Shown: positions 1 to 10,621, numbered from the stretch's first letter. The stretch: DNA of 64,000 bases from an uncultured cyanobacterium (GCA_963744145.1 CAVUSO010000001.1:4224001-4288000); one strand, 5' to 3'. Numbers and translations: made by a program. The notes: a model not told the origin generated them from the sequence alone.

Positions 1-1
1 G

Positions 2-640
2 ATTGGACTTCAAGCTGATCTAATGGGAGCCCATGCTTTGGGGATTCATAATATTCTCGCTTTAACTGGTGACCCGGTAAAAGTCGGAGACCATCCCAAA
101 GCTAGAAGTGTGTTTGAACTTGAATCAGTGCGATTATTAGAATTAATTAAACAACTCAATCTGGGGTGCGATGGGAATGGTAACTCCCTGACTGATGGAC
201 CAACTGATTTATTTGTGGGTGCCGCAGTTGATCCCCAATCCTCCAGTTGGTCAGGTTTACAACGTCGGTTTGAGCGGAAATTAGCCGCAGGAGCGCAATT
301 CTTTCAAAGCCAATTAATTTCTGATTTTCAGAAATTAGAAAAGTTTATGAATGAAATCGCCATTGGTAGTAATAAACCAATATTAGCCGGAATTTTTCTG
401 ATTAAATCAGCGAAAAATGCTCAGTTTTTAAATAAAAATGTCCCCGGAATCAAAATTCCCGAATCAATTATTAATCGACTAGCAAATGCTCCGCACCCTT
501 TGCAGGAAGGAATCGCGATCGCTGCTGAACAAATCCAGGAAGCACGTCAACTCTGTCAAGGAATACACCTGATGGTCATTAAGCGGGAAGACTTAATTCC
601 CCAAATTTTAGATCAAGCTGGAATTAAACCACTGCGGTAG
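2..640 (+). CDS. metF: Methylenetetrahydrofolate reductase, 5'-partial (starts before the window)
   Basis: Frame is open from base 2 (IGLQADLMGAHALG). NILALTGDP and KLAAGAQFFQSQ motifs match the MTHFR family. Confidence 0.85.
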   Translation: MGLQADLMGAHALGIHNILALTGDPVKVGDHPKARSVFELESVRLLELIKQLNLGCDGNGNSLTDGPTDLFVGAAVDPQSSSWSGLQRRFERKLAAGAQFFQSQLISDFQKLEKFMNEIAIGSNKPILAGIFLIKSAKNAQFLNKNVPGIKIPESIINRLANAPHPLQEGIAIAAEQIQEARQLCQGIHLMVIKREDLIPQILDQAGIKPLR

Positions 641-757
641 TTACAGCAATTTATTTAACCAATTATTGCTGAGGTTTAAAAAAAATTAAAAATAAATAGC
701 GATCGCATACAACCAAATCCCCGACGCGATCGCTTTCCGGTAAAAATTAACCGATAA

Positions 758-1321
758 TCACTCCTTTTTCATATTACTATCTGATTCATTTTTCACTAAC
801 CCAATTGCGCCTTCCAAATTCGCACTAACCAAATTCGCACCAGACAGATTGGCCCGACTCAAATGAGCGTTTAAAAGATTAGCATTAGACAGATTAGCAT
901 TAGACAAGTCTGTACTCCCTAGATCCGCACCACTCAAATTAGCACCAGTCAAGTCAGCACTACTGAGATCCGCAGCTCGGAGATCCGCACCCCTGAGATC
1001 CGCACCTCTGAGATTAGCACCTTGTAAATTTGTAGCTTGTAGATCGGCTCCTGTTAAATCAGCATCATTGAGATAAGCAAAGAATAAATTGGCATTACTT
1101 AAATCTGCCTTATTCAAATTGCTACCCTTTAGGTTTGCACCTCCAAGAATAGCACTTCTTAGACTTGCACCCTCTAAGTGACAATGTTGGCATTGTCTTG
1201 TTTCCAGCAACCGTCTAATATCTTCAGACTTGGCCCAACAGCCCGAGCAAATTGTGAGCAATAGCGCTCCGGTAGCTAGGATTCTTCGTTTCACATTTTC
1301 TTTCCTTGGTGGCGACCCCAT
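758..1321 (-). CDS. Pentapeptide repeat protein, probably exported
   Basis: A(D/N)Lxx repeats after a hydrophobic N-terminus and LLETRQCQHC. Confidence 0.9.
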   Translation of the reverse strand: MGSPPRKENVKRRILATGALLLTICSGCWAKSEDIRRLLETRQCQHCHLEGASLRSAILGGANLKGSNLNKADLSNANLFFAYLNDADLTGADLQATNLQGANLRGADLRGADLRAADLSSADLTGANLSGADLGSTDLSNANLSNANLLNAHLSRANLSGANLVSANLEGAIGLVKNESDSNMKKE

Positions 1322-1952
1322 TCCCTATTTTCTATTATCTGTCAATGAGGGTAGTACCCCTGCATTGCTTCATACCTTACTTACAATTTAAAGTAAAAAA
1401 GCCTAGCACAGGATATGGTGTCATTAAAGAAAAGCTTGATGGGGGAGATTAAGTCGAGGTCAGTATAGAAAAACACAGTCTCTTGAAAGACTAACGCTTT
1501 ATGCCACAATAGCAGGATGGATCGAGGGAAATTTTTTACCATGTCAGATAGTCCACATCAAAAATCACTTTGTCCTTTCTCCTAATTGATAAGAAGAACG
1601 GATGTCTAATGGCAACATGAATAGACAAACTCAATCAGCTAAAAAACATAGCAGATGATCTCCGGATCGATCACCCCAAGGAATTTGCTTGAATTTACCC
1701 TGTGATTTTCAGCGTTGAATCAAGTTAGCTGTCCTTTGAGCCCACCCATGATGAGAGAATAGTTGAATTTTACCCAGTTTAGCCATAGCTCGGCTCTGGG
1801 AAAACCGACAATCCGATTGGGCAACCAATCATGCAAACACTCTGATTGCTAAGATCAATTTGTCATATTACCCTGGATATATCCAAATTAAAATATTTTT
1901 CTAGCAATCGTTACTTAAAGCTGATCAATTATCAAAATTAATACTGATATAA

Positions 1953-2834
1953 ATGATAGGTAGCTCTTATGTTAGGTTACCTAGAATATCCATGCAAGAC
2001 TTATTTGAAATCGCCGCTGGTTCTATGATTGGTCGAGATCATTTTTTAGCTGGCAAAAATAACCAGGACAGCTATCATACTATATCTTCAGCCCAATTTA
2101 CAATTGGGATTGTCTGTGATGGTTGTGGTGGTAGTAAGCATAGTGAAGTAGGAGCTAAGATCGGTGCAGTTCTCGTTGCAGAAACAATTAGAAGTCTATT
2201 ATCTGAGCCATTTCCCCAGATAGATTGGCAACAAATTCAACAAGTAATTCTCACTCATTTGAAAAATCTGGCTCAGTCAATGGGAGAAAATTTTCACCAA
2301 ATATTAAACGAATATTTCCTATTTACGATTGTTGGGATATTAATTACACCCACAAAAGTAACAATTTTTTCAGTCGGAGATGGAATTATAATTGTAAATG
2401 GGAAGGTTATGGAAATTGGACCTTTTCCTGATAATGCACCACCTTATTTGACTTATGGGATTTTGCATCATCCTCCAGATGATTGTCCCCAAAACTCTCA
2501 CTTATTTCAGATCCATCAACAGTTACCACTTGAAGAGGTGGAATCAATTTTGATTGGTACTGATGGAGCGATCGCTTTACTTAATTCTGCCCACTTATTG
2601 TTACCAGGAAAATCTGAACCTGTTGGTTCTATTAGTCAATTTTGGCAAGAGGATCGATATTTTCGTAACCCCGATCTCCTCCGACGTAAATTAGCTTTAA
2701 TTAATCGTCAAATCACTCAACCAGATTGGCATAACCATCAACTAATTCAGCAAAAAGGTTTATTAGCTGATGATACCACATTAATCGTCATGAGAAAGCG
2801 AAAAAAATCAGATGAATATTTATGTCAAAGGTAA
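1953..2834 (+). CDS. PP2C-like protein phosphatase (TerY-P-associated type); start may be 1992
   Basis: GRDH...NNQD, VCDGCG, VGDG, GTDG and DDTT metal-binding motifs. Confidence 0.8.
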   Translation: MIGSSYVRLPRISMQDLFEIAAGSMIGRDHFLAGKNNQDSYHTISSAQFTIGIVCDGCGGSKHSEVGAKIGAVLVAETIRSLLSEPFPQIDWQQIQQVILTHLKNLAQSMGENFHQILNEYFLFTIVGILITPTKVTIFSVGDGIIIVNGKVMEIGPFPDNAPPYLTYGILHHPPDDCPQNSHLFQIHQQLPLEEVESILIGTDGAIALLNSAHLLLPGKSEPVGSISQFWQEDRYFRNPDLLRRKLALINRQITQPDWHNHQLIQQKGLLADDTTLIVMRKRKKSDEYLCQR

Positions 2835-4680
2835 AAAAATTCGTCTCGATCCCAGCCAATCGATTGGTAAGGGTGGAGAAGCTGAATTATATCAGATCGA
2901 TGATCATCAAGTTCTGAAAGTCTTTAAACAACCCAACCATCCCGATTATCAAAATTCACCGATTGCCCAACAAGCAGCTCGCGATCGCTTAAGTGAACAT
3001 CAGCAAAAATTACCCCAATTTCCTCGTAATTTACCTCCCCTTGTCATCCCACCAGACACCTTAGCTACTGATGCTAAAGGACAAACTATTTTAGGTTATA
3101 CCATGCCTTTAGTGAAAGATGCAGTAGTATTAATGAAATATAGCGATCGGAATTTTCGCAATCAGGGAATTTCCCATCAAACTGTTGTCCAAATATTTCA
3201 AGATTTACATACTACGATAAGTCAAATTCATGAGGTTCAAGTTGTCCTTGGTGATTTTAATGATTTAAACATTTTAATTAACCAGAATCAAGCTTATTTA
3301 ATTGATGCTGATTCTTTTCAATATGGTGGTTATTTATGTCGAGTATTTACCGCTCGGTTTGTTGACCCACTGCTTTGCCATCCCCAACAATCAAAACCAG
3401 TTTTACACCAACCTTACTCCGCTAATTCTGATTGGTATGCTTTTGGAGTAATGTTAATGCAATGTTTGCTATTTGTCGATCCTTATGGTGGAGTTTATCG
3501 ACCCAAAAATCCCAGTCAAAAAATTCTCCATGATGCTAGATTTTTACACCGAATTACGATCTTTAATCCTGAAGTAAAATATCCGAAACCAGCTCTACCA
3601 TATCAATTACTACCTGATGAATTAATCCATTATTTTTATCAAGTATTTGTGCAAGATGTCCGGGGAAAATTTCCGCGATCGCTCCTAGAGCAATTAATCT
3701 GGACAAAATGTGTGAACTGTCATCTAGAACACGCTCGTCCTACTTGTCCCAACTGTACTTTAGCCACACCTGTACCAACATTAATAGTAACAAAAGTCCG
3801 CGGTACTGTAACAGCAACCAGAATTTTTGAAACAGCAGGAATTATTTTATATGCAGTGGTACAAACCGGAAAATTACAATGGATCTATCATGATCAAGGT
3901 GAATTTAAACGGGAAGACAATCTCACAATTTTCAGCGGAGAATTAGATCCCCAACTAAAATTTCGGATCAAACATAAAACCACACTCATCGGTAAACGAG
4001 AGCAACTAATTACCCTAATTCCAGATCAAACTCCCCAACGTTTAGTAGTAGAAAGCTTTGATGTGAATGAAGATTATCGTTACTGGACCTATGGTGGTCA
4101 ATTATTACGGGATGGTCAACTAGGACCTGAATATATTGGTGATGTTTTAGCTCATCAAACTCAGTTTTGGGTAGGGTCTCATTTTGGATTTGGATTTTAT
4201 CATGCTGGATATTTGCATATTTTCTTTGTCTTTAATAGTAAAAAACGGGGTATTAATGATCAAGTTAAACTTCCAACTTGGACTGGACAACTACTAAATT
4301 CAACTTGTACCTTTACCCCAGAACGTTGCTGGTTTTTTTGGTCAACTCAAGAACAAGGAAAAACTATTCATCGATGTGCAGTGATTCGGTTTGATGGTAT
4401 AGTGGAGGCAACCAGTCAAAGTGAATTAGGAGATGGTTCTTGGTTGGGAAATAGTAATTTCCATCTTTCCAGCAATGGTACATGTGCTGTCGGCAATTTT
4501 TTACTGGTTGCTACTGATGATGGGATTATCCGAGTTGAGATCCAACATGACCAAATTATCCAAACAAAAGCATTTACTGACACAGAACCTTTGGTTGATT
4601 CTAGTTGTCAATTATTTTCTAGTTCCACCGGATTATATGTGGTAAATCAGCGAGAAATTTTGCTTTTGGAAATTAAATAA
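2812..4680 (+). CDS. Ser/Thr kinase-like protein (YegI/TerY-P type) with Zn-ribbon and beta-rich C-terminus
   Basis: GKGGEA loop, VLK lysine, GDFNDLN catalytic loop, IDADS and CxxC...CxxC. Overlaps the upstream phosphatase gene. Confidence 0.8.
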   Translation: MNIYVKGKKIRLDPSQSIGKGGEAELYQIDDHQVLKVFKQPNHPDYQNSPIAQQAARDRLSEHQQKLPQFPRNLPPLVIPPDTLATDAKGQTILGYTMPLVKDAVVLMKYSDRNFRNQGISHQTVVQIFQDLHTTISQIHEVQVVLGDFNDLNILINQNQAYLIDADSFQYGGYLCRVFTARFVDPLLCHPQQSKPVLHQPYSANSDWYAFGVMLMQCLLFVDPYGGVYRPKNPSQKILHDARFLHRITIFNPEVKYPKPALPYQLLPDELIHYFYQVFVQDVRGKFPRSLLEQLIWTKCVNCHLEHARPTCPNCTLATPVPTLIVTKVRGTVTATRIFETAGIILYAVVQTGKLQWIYHDQGEFKREDNLTIFSGELDPQLKFRIKHKTTLIGKREQLITLIPDQTPQRLVVESFDVNEDYRYWTYGGQLLRDGQLGPEYIGDVLAHQTQFWVGSHFGFGFYHAGYLHIFFVFNSKKRGINDQVKLPTWTGQLLNSTCTFTPERCWFFWSTQEQGKTIHRCAVIRFDGIVEATSQSELGDGSWLGNSNFHLSSNGTCAVGNFLLVATDDGIIRVEIQHDQIIQTKAFTDTEPLVDSSCQLFSSSTGLYVVNQREILLLEIK

Positions 4681-4692
4681 CGAGTTAAATTT

Positions 4693-5742
4693 ATGACAAC
4701 ACCAACAATCAACCAATTACCAATTCCCCCCCATTTTAAGCCGAAAATCGTGGGAGAAGTTTGGCAAGTTTTATATCAAGAGCGGGCTCGCGATGCAAAA
4801 ACTTGGGCTAATCAAAATAGGATTCAACCCGCAGCAAAAGATCAAACTCGGATTTGTTTAATGATCATTGATGCTCAGAATACTTTTTGTATTCCCAAAT
4901 TTGAATTATTTGTTGCTGGTCAATCTGGGACTGGTGCAGTAGATGATAATGTAAGACTATGTGAGTTTATTTATCGAAATCTGGGGGTAATTACGGCGAT
5001 CGCTCCGACGATGGACACCCATACAGCGATGCAAATTTTCCATCCTTTGTTCTGGATTAATGATGCAGGAGAACATCCGCTTCCTGCTGCGACTCATATT
5101 ACCTTAAATGATGTGCAAACTGGAGTTTGGAAAGTTAACCCAGCAGTTGCTTATAGTATCGCAGGTGGCAATTATTTAGCCTTGCAAAAACACGCTTTAC
5201 ACTATGTGAAAAAATTAAGTGATGAGGGTAAATATCCCTTGACAATTTGGCCCTATCATTCGATGTTAGGTGGGATTGGTCATGCTCTAGTTGCCGCAGT
5301 GGAAGAAGCGATATTTTTTCATAATATTAGTAGAAATAGTCAAACTTTATTTGAAATTAAAGGTGGTAATCCCTTAACTGAAAATTATTCAGTATTGCGT
5401 CCAGAAGTATTAGATGATGCAGAAGGAAGACCGATCGCGCAGAAAAATACTCGTTTTATTCAGAAACTACTTAACTTTGATGTCGTGATTATTGCTGGAC
5501 AAGCTAAAAGTCATTGTGTTGCTTGGACAATTGACGACTTATTAACCGAAATTCTCGCAGTTGATCCCCAGTTAGCTAAAAAAGTTTATCTATTAGAAGA
5601 TTGTACTTCTCCTGTAGTTGTCCCAGGAGTAATCGACTTTACCAATCAAGCAAATGAAGCTTTTAACCGATTTGCTCAAGCGGGAATGCACATTGTGACA
5701 TCGACTCAACCAATTCAAACTTGGGCAAATATTCCGATTTAA
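4693..5742 (+). CDS. Isochorismatase / nicotinamidase-like cysteine hydrolase
   Basis: IIDAQNTFC, DTH, WPYH and AGQAKSHCV (catalytic Cys) motifs. Confidence 0.8.
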   Translation: MTTPTINQLPIPPHFKPKIVGEVWQVLYQERARDAKTWANQNRIQPAAKDQTRICLMIIDAQNTFCIPKFELFVAGQSGTGAVDDNVRLCEFIYRNLGVITAIAPTMDTHTAMQIFHPLFWINDAGEHPLPAATHITLNDVQTGVWKVNPAVAYSIAGGNYLALQKHALHYVKKLSDEGKYPLTIWPYHSMLGGIGHALVAAVEEAIFFHNISRNSQTLFEIKGGNPLTENYSVLRPEVLDDAEGRPIAQKNTRFIQKLLNFDVVIIAGQAKSHCVAWTIDDLLTEILAVDPQLAKKVYLLEDCTSPVVVPGVIDFTNQANEAFNRFAQAGMHIVTSTQPIQTWANIPI

Positions 5743-5785
5743 TTTCAACCGCGATCGACTGAACTAATCACCCCTAAATAAACTT

Positions 5786-6577
5786 ATGAGTCAAACACCT
5801 AATCTCAACCATCTTTTCCAATCCGCTCACGCAGAAGGATTATTATCAACTGCATCGATCGAAGTCTTAAATATCATCGACATTGGGGCCCAAATTCAAG
5901 CAGGTTTGGGAGTAAATGTAGATGATGTGAGTGCTAGTGAAGTAGTGCTAGTGACAATTATGCCAGATGATTCAGGTTCGATTCGTTATGCTAATAATCA
6001 GCTAGTCGTGCAAGAAGGGCATAATGTGGTTTTAGATGCACTTTTAACATCAAATCACCAAGATAGCATTTTAGTTCATACTCGTTACTTAAACGGTCAT
6101 ATTCTCTATCCTTATTGTCTGTTAAACCAAGCAGTAAGAATGGATAACACTAATTATAATCCCAATAAAGGAACACCACTATATGATCAAACAGTGGTTT
6201 TATTGGGAACAGTTTTAGCTAAATCCCAAGAGTTTGCTGATAATGGAGTTCCAGTCAGAACTGTAACTTTAATTATTACTGATGGTGCCGATGAACATTC
6301 CGTCCGAGCTAGTGCAAAAACCGTTAGTAATTTAGTCAAAGATCTGCTAATGACAGAAACACATATTATTGCTGCGATGGGAATTTATGACGGTAAAACT
6401 GATTTTCACAAAATTTTCCAAGAGATGGGAATTCGACCAGAATGGATTCTGACTCCTGGCAATAATCAAAAAGAAATTCGTCGAGCATTTCAGGTATTTT
6501 CTCAGTCCGCAGTTAGAGCTAGTCAAGGTGCAGTTGGATTTAATCAAACCGCTCTAGGAGGTTTTGGGATACCGTAA
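5786..6577 (+). CDS. von Willebrand factor A (TerY-like) domain protein
   Basis: MIDAS DDSGS, GTPLYD and IITDG motifs. Confidence 0.8.
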   Translation: MSQTPNLNHLFQSAHAEGLLSTASIEVLNIIDIGAQIQAGLGVNVDDVSASEVVLVTIMPDDSGSIRYANNQLVVQEGHNVVLDALLTSNHQDSILVHTRYLNGHILYPYCLLNQAVRMDNTNYNPNKGTPLYDQTVVLLGTVLAKSQEFADNGVPVRTVTLIITDGADEHSVRASAKTVSNLVKDLLMTETHIIAAMGIYDGKTDFHKIFQEMGIRPEWILTPGNNQKEIRRAFQVFSQSAVRASQGAVGFNQTALGGFGIP

Positions 6578-6610
6578 TCGATAGCGATCTAATCAATCTT
6601 TAAAAGTGGG

Positions 6611-6657
6611 AGCGGTTAGAGATGATTAATCTAAAATGATTCATCAAACTAACCGCT
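6611..6657. terminator. Imperfect hairpin between convergent genes, possible terminator
   Basis: agcggttag...ctaaccgct inverted arms. Confidence 0.45.
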
Positions 6658-6852
6658 AGATTGAGACATTGAGGGTCAGGGTCTTCGGATTTTTCCGAAC
6701 TTAGCTGTTCTGAATTAAAAGTTCGGGTACTACTGCCAGAGCCTTCCATTTTTTTGTTTTTTAGGGTTGGGAAAATATTGACCCAAACAAGTTATAAACG
6801 ACCTTAGAGATTTTCAACTCGGTTGATCTATCTAACACACAGATCGAGTAAA

Positions 6853-8190
6853 TTATGCTACTACTGCTTCGGGAGTAGGTTGTTCCAGAAAAATTTCTCC
6901 CGATGGATCATCATATCCATAGAGTTCCGCATAACGACCCCAATCCGTGGCAGTTTTTAATTGTCGTTGTGCTTCCTGGGGACTAAAGTGACTTTCGAGA
7001 ATGTCTAAAATTAGTTCTTCAGAAATCCGTTGATTGCGTTTAGCTTGGAGCAGACGATTGATTTGTTGCACTAAACGAATATGAGTAAGTAGTTGTTCGC
7101 GCACAATTTGTTTGCGATCGTCAATGCTACCTTCAATAAATTTAGATCCTAAGGAGGTGAGACTAATATCCCCCTCCGCTAATTTGACAAAATCTAGCAA
7201 TTTCGCACCTTCAACGATCGGCAAAATTTCATCTACCTCTAATTGCAATTCTTGAGCTAGACGATATAAATCCTCATTTTGTCGATCTTCTAATAATTCC
7301 AACAAACCAGCGATCGAACCAACTCGGACATGGGGTAAAGATTGATATTTTTGCGGAACTGGAGAATCTGGTTCGGTGACAGGATCGACAGATGTTTGAG
7401 TTTCGGGCATTAAATCGGGGTTGGTCAGGATTTTATAGACTTGATCGACTAACGCTTGAAAACTGGGGCTTTGGCGATCGCGATAATGGGGTAAGGAGAC
7501 AGATAATTCTGCTCGTACTCGTCCAGGATTTCGTCCTAACACAATAATCCGATCGGCTAGAATTACTGCTTCTTCAATACTGTGGGTAACGATTAACACC
7601 GTTTGAGTGGGAATCCGACGTTCGATCCATAAATCCAATAGCTCAAAACGTAAGTTTTCCGCAGTTAACACATCCAGAGCTGAAAATGGTTCATCCATGC
7701 ACAATAATTCTGGTTCTACCGCTAAAGCTCGGGCAAAACCAACCCTTTGACGCATTCCTCCAGAAAGTTCTTTGGGGTAAGCATTTTCAAATCCATCTAA
7801 CCCAATAATATCAATCATCCGTAGGGCTTTTTGTCGGCGTGATTCTGGTGGTTCTCCCTTCGCTTTTAGTCCTAGTTCCACATTTTCCAATACCGTTAAC
7901 CAAGGATAAAGAGCAAAATTTTGAAAAACGATCGCCACACCAGAATTTAACCCAAGCAGAGGACGATTATGATAAACTACCTGACCATTTGTGGGCTGAT
8001 TTAACCCAGCAATCATCCGCATAATCGTCGATTTACCTGAACCCGAAGGACCTAATAAGGCCACAATCTCTCCGATATGGAGTTCGAGGTTAATATTTTC
8101 CAAAATGGTAATTTTCTGGCCGTTTGGTTGCTGATAAGACTTACTGACTTCTTCTAGCTTGATCAGGAGTTGGTTTTCTGCTTTAACCAT
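6853..8190 (-). CDS. Nitrate/sulfonate/bicarbonate-type ABC transporter ATP-binding protein with C-terminal associated domain
   Basis: GPSGSGKS, LSGGMRQRV, MDEPFSALD and DWGRYAEL. Confidence 0.9.
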   Translation of the reverse strand: MVKAENQLLIKLEEVSKSYQQPNGQKITILENINLELHIGEIVALLGPSGSGKSTIMRMIAGLNQPTNGQVVYHNRPLLGLNSGVAIVFQNFALYPWLTVLENVELGLKAKGEPPESRRQKALRMIDIIGLDGFENAYPKELSGGMRQRVGFARALAVEPELLCMDEPFSALDVLTAENLRFELLDLWIERRIPTQTVLIVTHSIEEAVILADRIIVLGRNPGRVRAELSVSLPHYRDRQSPSFQALVDQVYKILTNPDLMPETQTSVDPVTEPDSPVPQKYQSLPHVRVGSIAGLLELLEDRQNEDLYRLAQELQLEVDEILPIVEGAKLLDFVKLAEGDISLTSLGSKFIEGSIDDRKQIVREQLLTHIRLVQQINRLLQAKRNQRISEELILDILESHFSPQEAQRQLKTATDWGRYAELYGYDDPSGEIFLEQPTPEAVVA

Positions 8191-8465
8191 GATGATTTCC
8201 CTGTTCCCTAAAATATTTTTAATTTACCCACAGCAAGCATCGGTTATTCTGGTCTTCTGGTCAATATCTTAAGATTAGAACTTTTGATGATTTTCTTAAT
8301 TGAGAAATAGTCATTTCACCCCTCCCTAAATTGGCCTATTTACACGATTATAATCTCAATGTAAACTAAGAATAAATTAAGGGTGTTGGGGATCAGATCA
8401 GACAGTCCCAAATTTAAGGTTGTTTAATCAGGTAGAGTGAAATTGGTGATGACTTAAACGCGCAT

Positions 8466-10621
8466 TTCTTCACTGAACCATATTAATATATAGTTGATCT
8501 GTTGGCTGCATAGATGGTGAGGGCAAAGCATTTCGGTATTATTATTCTTCCCTTCGACTACGCTCAGGGTAAACGCTTCAGTTATGATTTATGCACCGAA
8601 ATGCTTTGCCCCTACAAGTTAACTGAACTGGATTGAATTATATATTATTTTTCAAGCCAACTAGGTTCAGTCAGCGCCCCTTACTTTTTGTCCGAGATCC
8701 TGTAGGGGTGAAGCATTCGGGCGATAATTGAGCGTTCAAACCAGTAATATTATACCCGAATGCTTCACCCTGCTTTTGCGCCGAGATCCCCAAAAATATT
8801 CTTAACTGAACCCTATTAATATATAGTTGATCTGTTGGTTGCATGGATGGTGAGGGCAAAGCATTTCGGTATTATTATTCTTCGCTTCAGTTATGATTTA
8901 TGCACCGAAATGCTTTGCCCCTACAAGTTAACTGAACTGGATTGGATTATATATTATTTCTCAATCCAACTAGGTTCCGTCGGTGCCCCTTGCCTTTTGT
9001 CCGAGATCCTGTAGGGGTGAAGCATTCGGGCGATAATTGAGCGTTCAAACCAGTAATATTATACCCGAATGCTTCACCCTGCTTTTGCGCCGAGATCCCC
9101 AAAAATATTCTTAACTGAACCCTATTAATATATAGTTGATCTGTTGGCTGCATAGATGGTGAGGGCAAAGCATTTCGGTATTATTATTCTTCCCTTCGAC
9201 TACGCTCAGGGTAAACGCTTCAGTTATGATTTATGCGCCGAAATGCTTTGCCCCTACAAGTTAACTGAACTGGATTGAATTATATATTATTTTTCAAGCC
9301 AACTAGGTTCAGTCAGCGCCCCTTACTTTTTGTCCGAGATCCTGTAGGGGTGAAGCATTCGGGCGATAATTGAGCGTTCAAACCAGTAATATTATACCCG
9401 AATGCTTCACCCTGCTTTTGCGCCGAGATCCCCAAAAATATTCTTCACTAAACCCTATTAATATATAGTTGATCTGTTGGTTGCATGGATGGTGAGGGCA
9501 AAGCATTTCGGTATTATTATTCTTCGCTTCAGTTATGATTTATGCACCGAAATGCTTTGCCCCTACAAGTTAACTGAACTGGATTGGATTATATATTATT
9601 TCTCAATCCAACTAGGTTCCGTCAGTGCCCCTTGCCTTTTGTCCGAGATCCTGTAGGGGTGAAGCATTCGGGCGATAATTGAGCGTTCAAACCAGTAATA
9701 TTATACCCGAATGCTTCACCCTTCGACTACGCTCAGGGTAAACCCTGCTTTTGCGCCGAGATCCCCAAAAATATTCTTAACTGAACCCTATTAATATATA
9801 GTTGATCTGTTGGCTGCATGGATGGTGAGGGCAAAGCATTTCGGTATTATTATTCTTCGCTTCAGTTATGATTTATGCACCGGAATGCTTTGCCCCTACA
9901 AGTTAACTGAACTGGATTGGATTATATATTATTTCTCAATCCAACTAGGTTCCGTCGGTGCCCCTTGCCTTTTGTCCGAGATCCTGTAGGGGTGAAGCAT
10001 TCGGGCGATAATTGAGCGTTCAAACCAGTAATATTATACCCGAATGCTTCACCCTGCTTTTGCGCCGAGATCCCCAAAAATATTCTTAACTGAACCCTAT
10101 TAATATATAGTTGATCTGTTGGCTGCATGGATGGTGAGGGCAAAGCATTTCGGTATTATTATTCTTCCCTTCAGTTATGATTTATGCGCCGAAATGCTTT
10201 GCCCCTACAAGTTAACTGAACTGGATTGGATTATATATTATTTCTCAATCCAACTAGGTTCCGTCAGTGCCCCTTGCCTTTTGTCCGAGATCCTGTAGGG
10301 GTGAAGCATTCGGGCGATAATTGAGCGTTCAAACCAGTAATATTATACCCGAATGCTTCACCCTGCTTTTGCGCCGAGATCCCCAAAAATATTCTTAACT
10401 GAACCCTATTAATATATAGTTGATCTGTTGGCTGCATGGATGGTGAGGGCAAAGCATTTCGGTATTATTATTCTTCCCTTCGACTACGCTCAGGGTAAAC
10501 CCTTCAGTTATGATTTATGCACCGAAATGCTTTGCCCCTACAAGTTAACTGAACTGGATTGAATTATATATTATTTTTCAATCCAACTCGGTTCCGTTAG
10601 TGCCCCTTGCATTTTGCCGAG
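8466..10621. repeat. Tandem array of ~6.5 units of 309 or 333 bp, each with an mfd 3'-end copy, two REP hairpins and two MITE-end-like motifs
   Basis: Marker tgtaggggtgaagcattcggg occurs at 8701, 9010, 9343, 9652, 9985 and 10294 (spacings 309/333/309/333/309). Confidence 0.97.
8551..8574. repeat. 24-bp small dispersed insert ccttcgactacgctcagggtaaac (also 9193-9216, 9720-9743, 10477-10500)
   Basis: Present in some array units and absent from others, accounting for the 333 vs 309 bp unit lengths. Confidence 0.9.

Noticed and set aside
8671..10452. Four repeated 62-73 aa minus-strand ORFs (MPSPSMQ...)
   Set aside because: They run through REP hairpins, use non-ATG starts, and vary or break between units; likely by-products of the array.
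8466..10621. CRISPR array
   Set aside because: Whole 309-bp units repeat, there are no unique spacers, and no cas genes are present.
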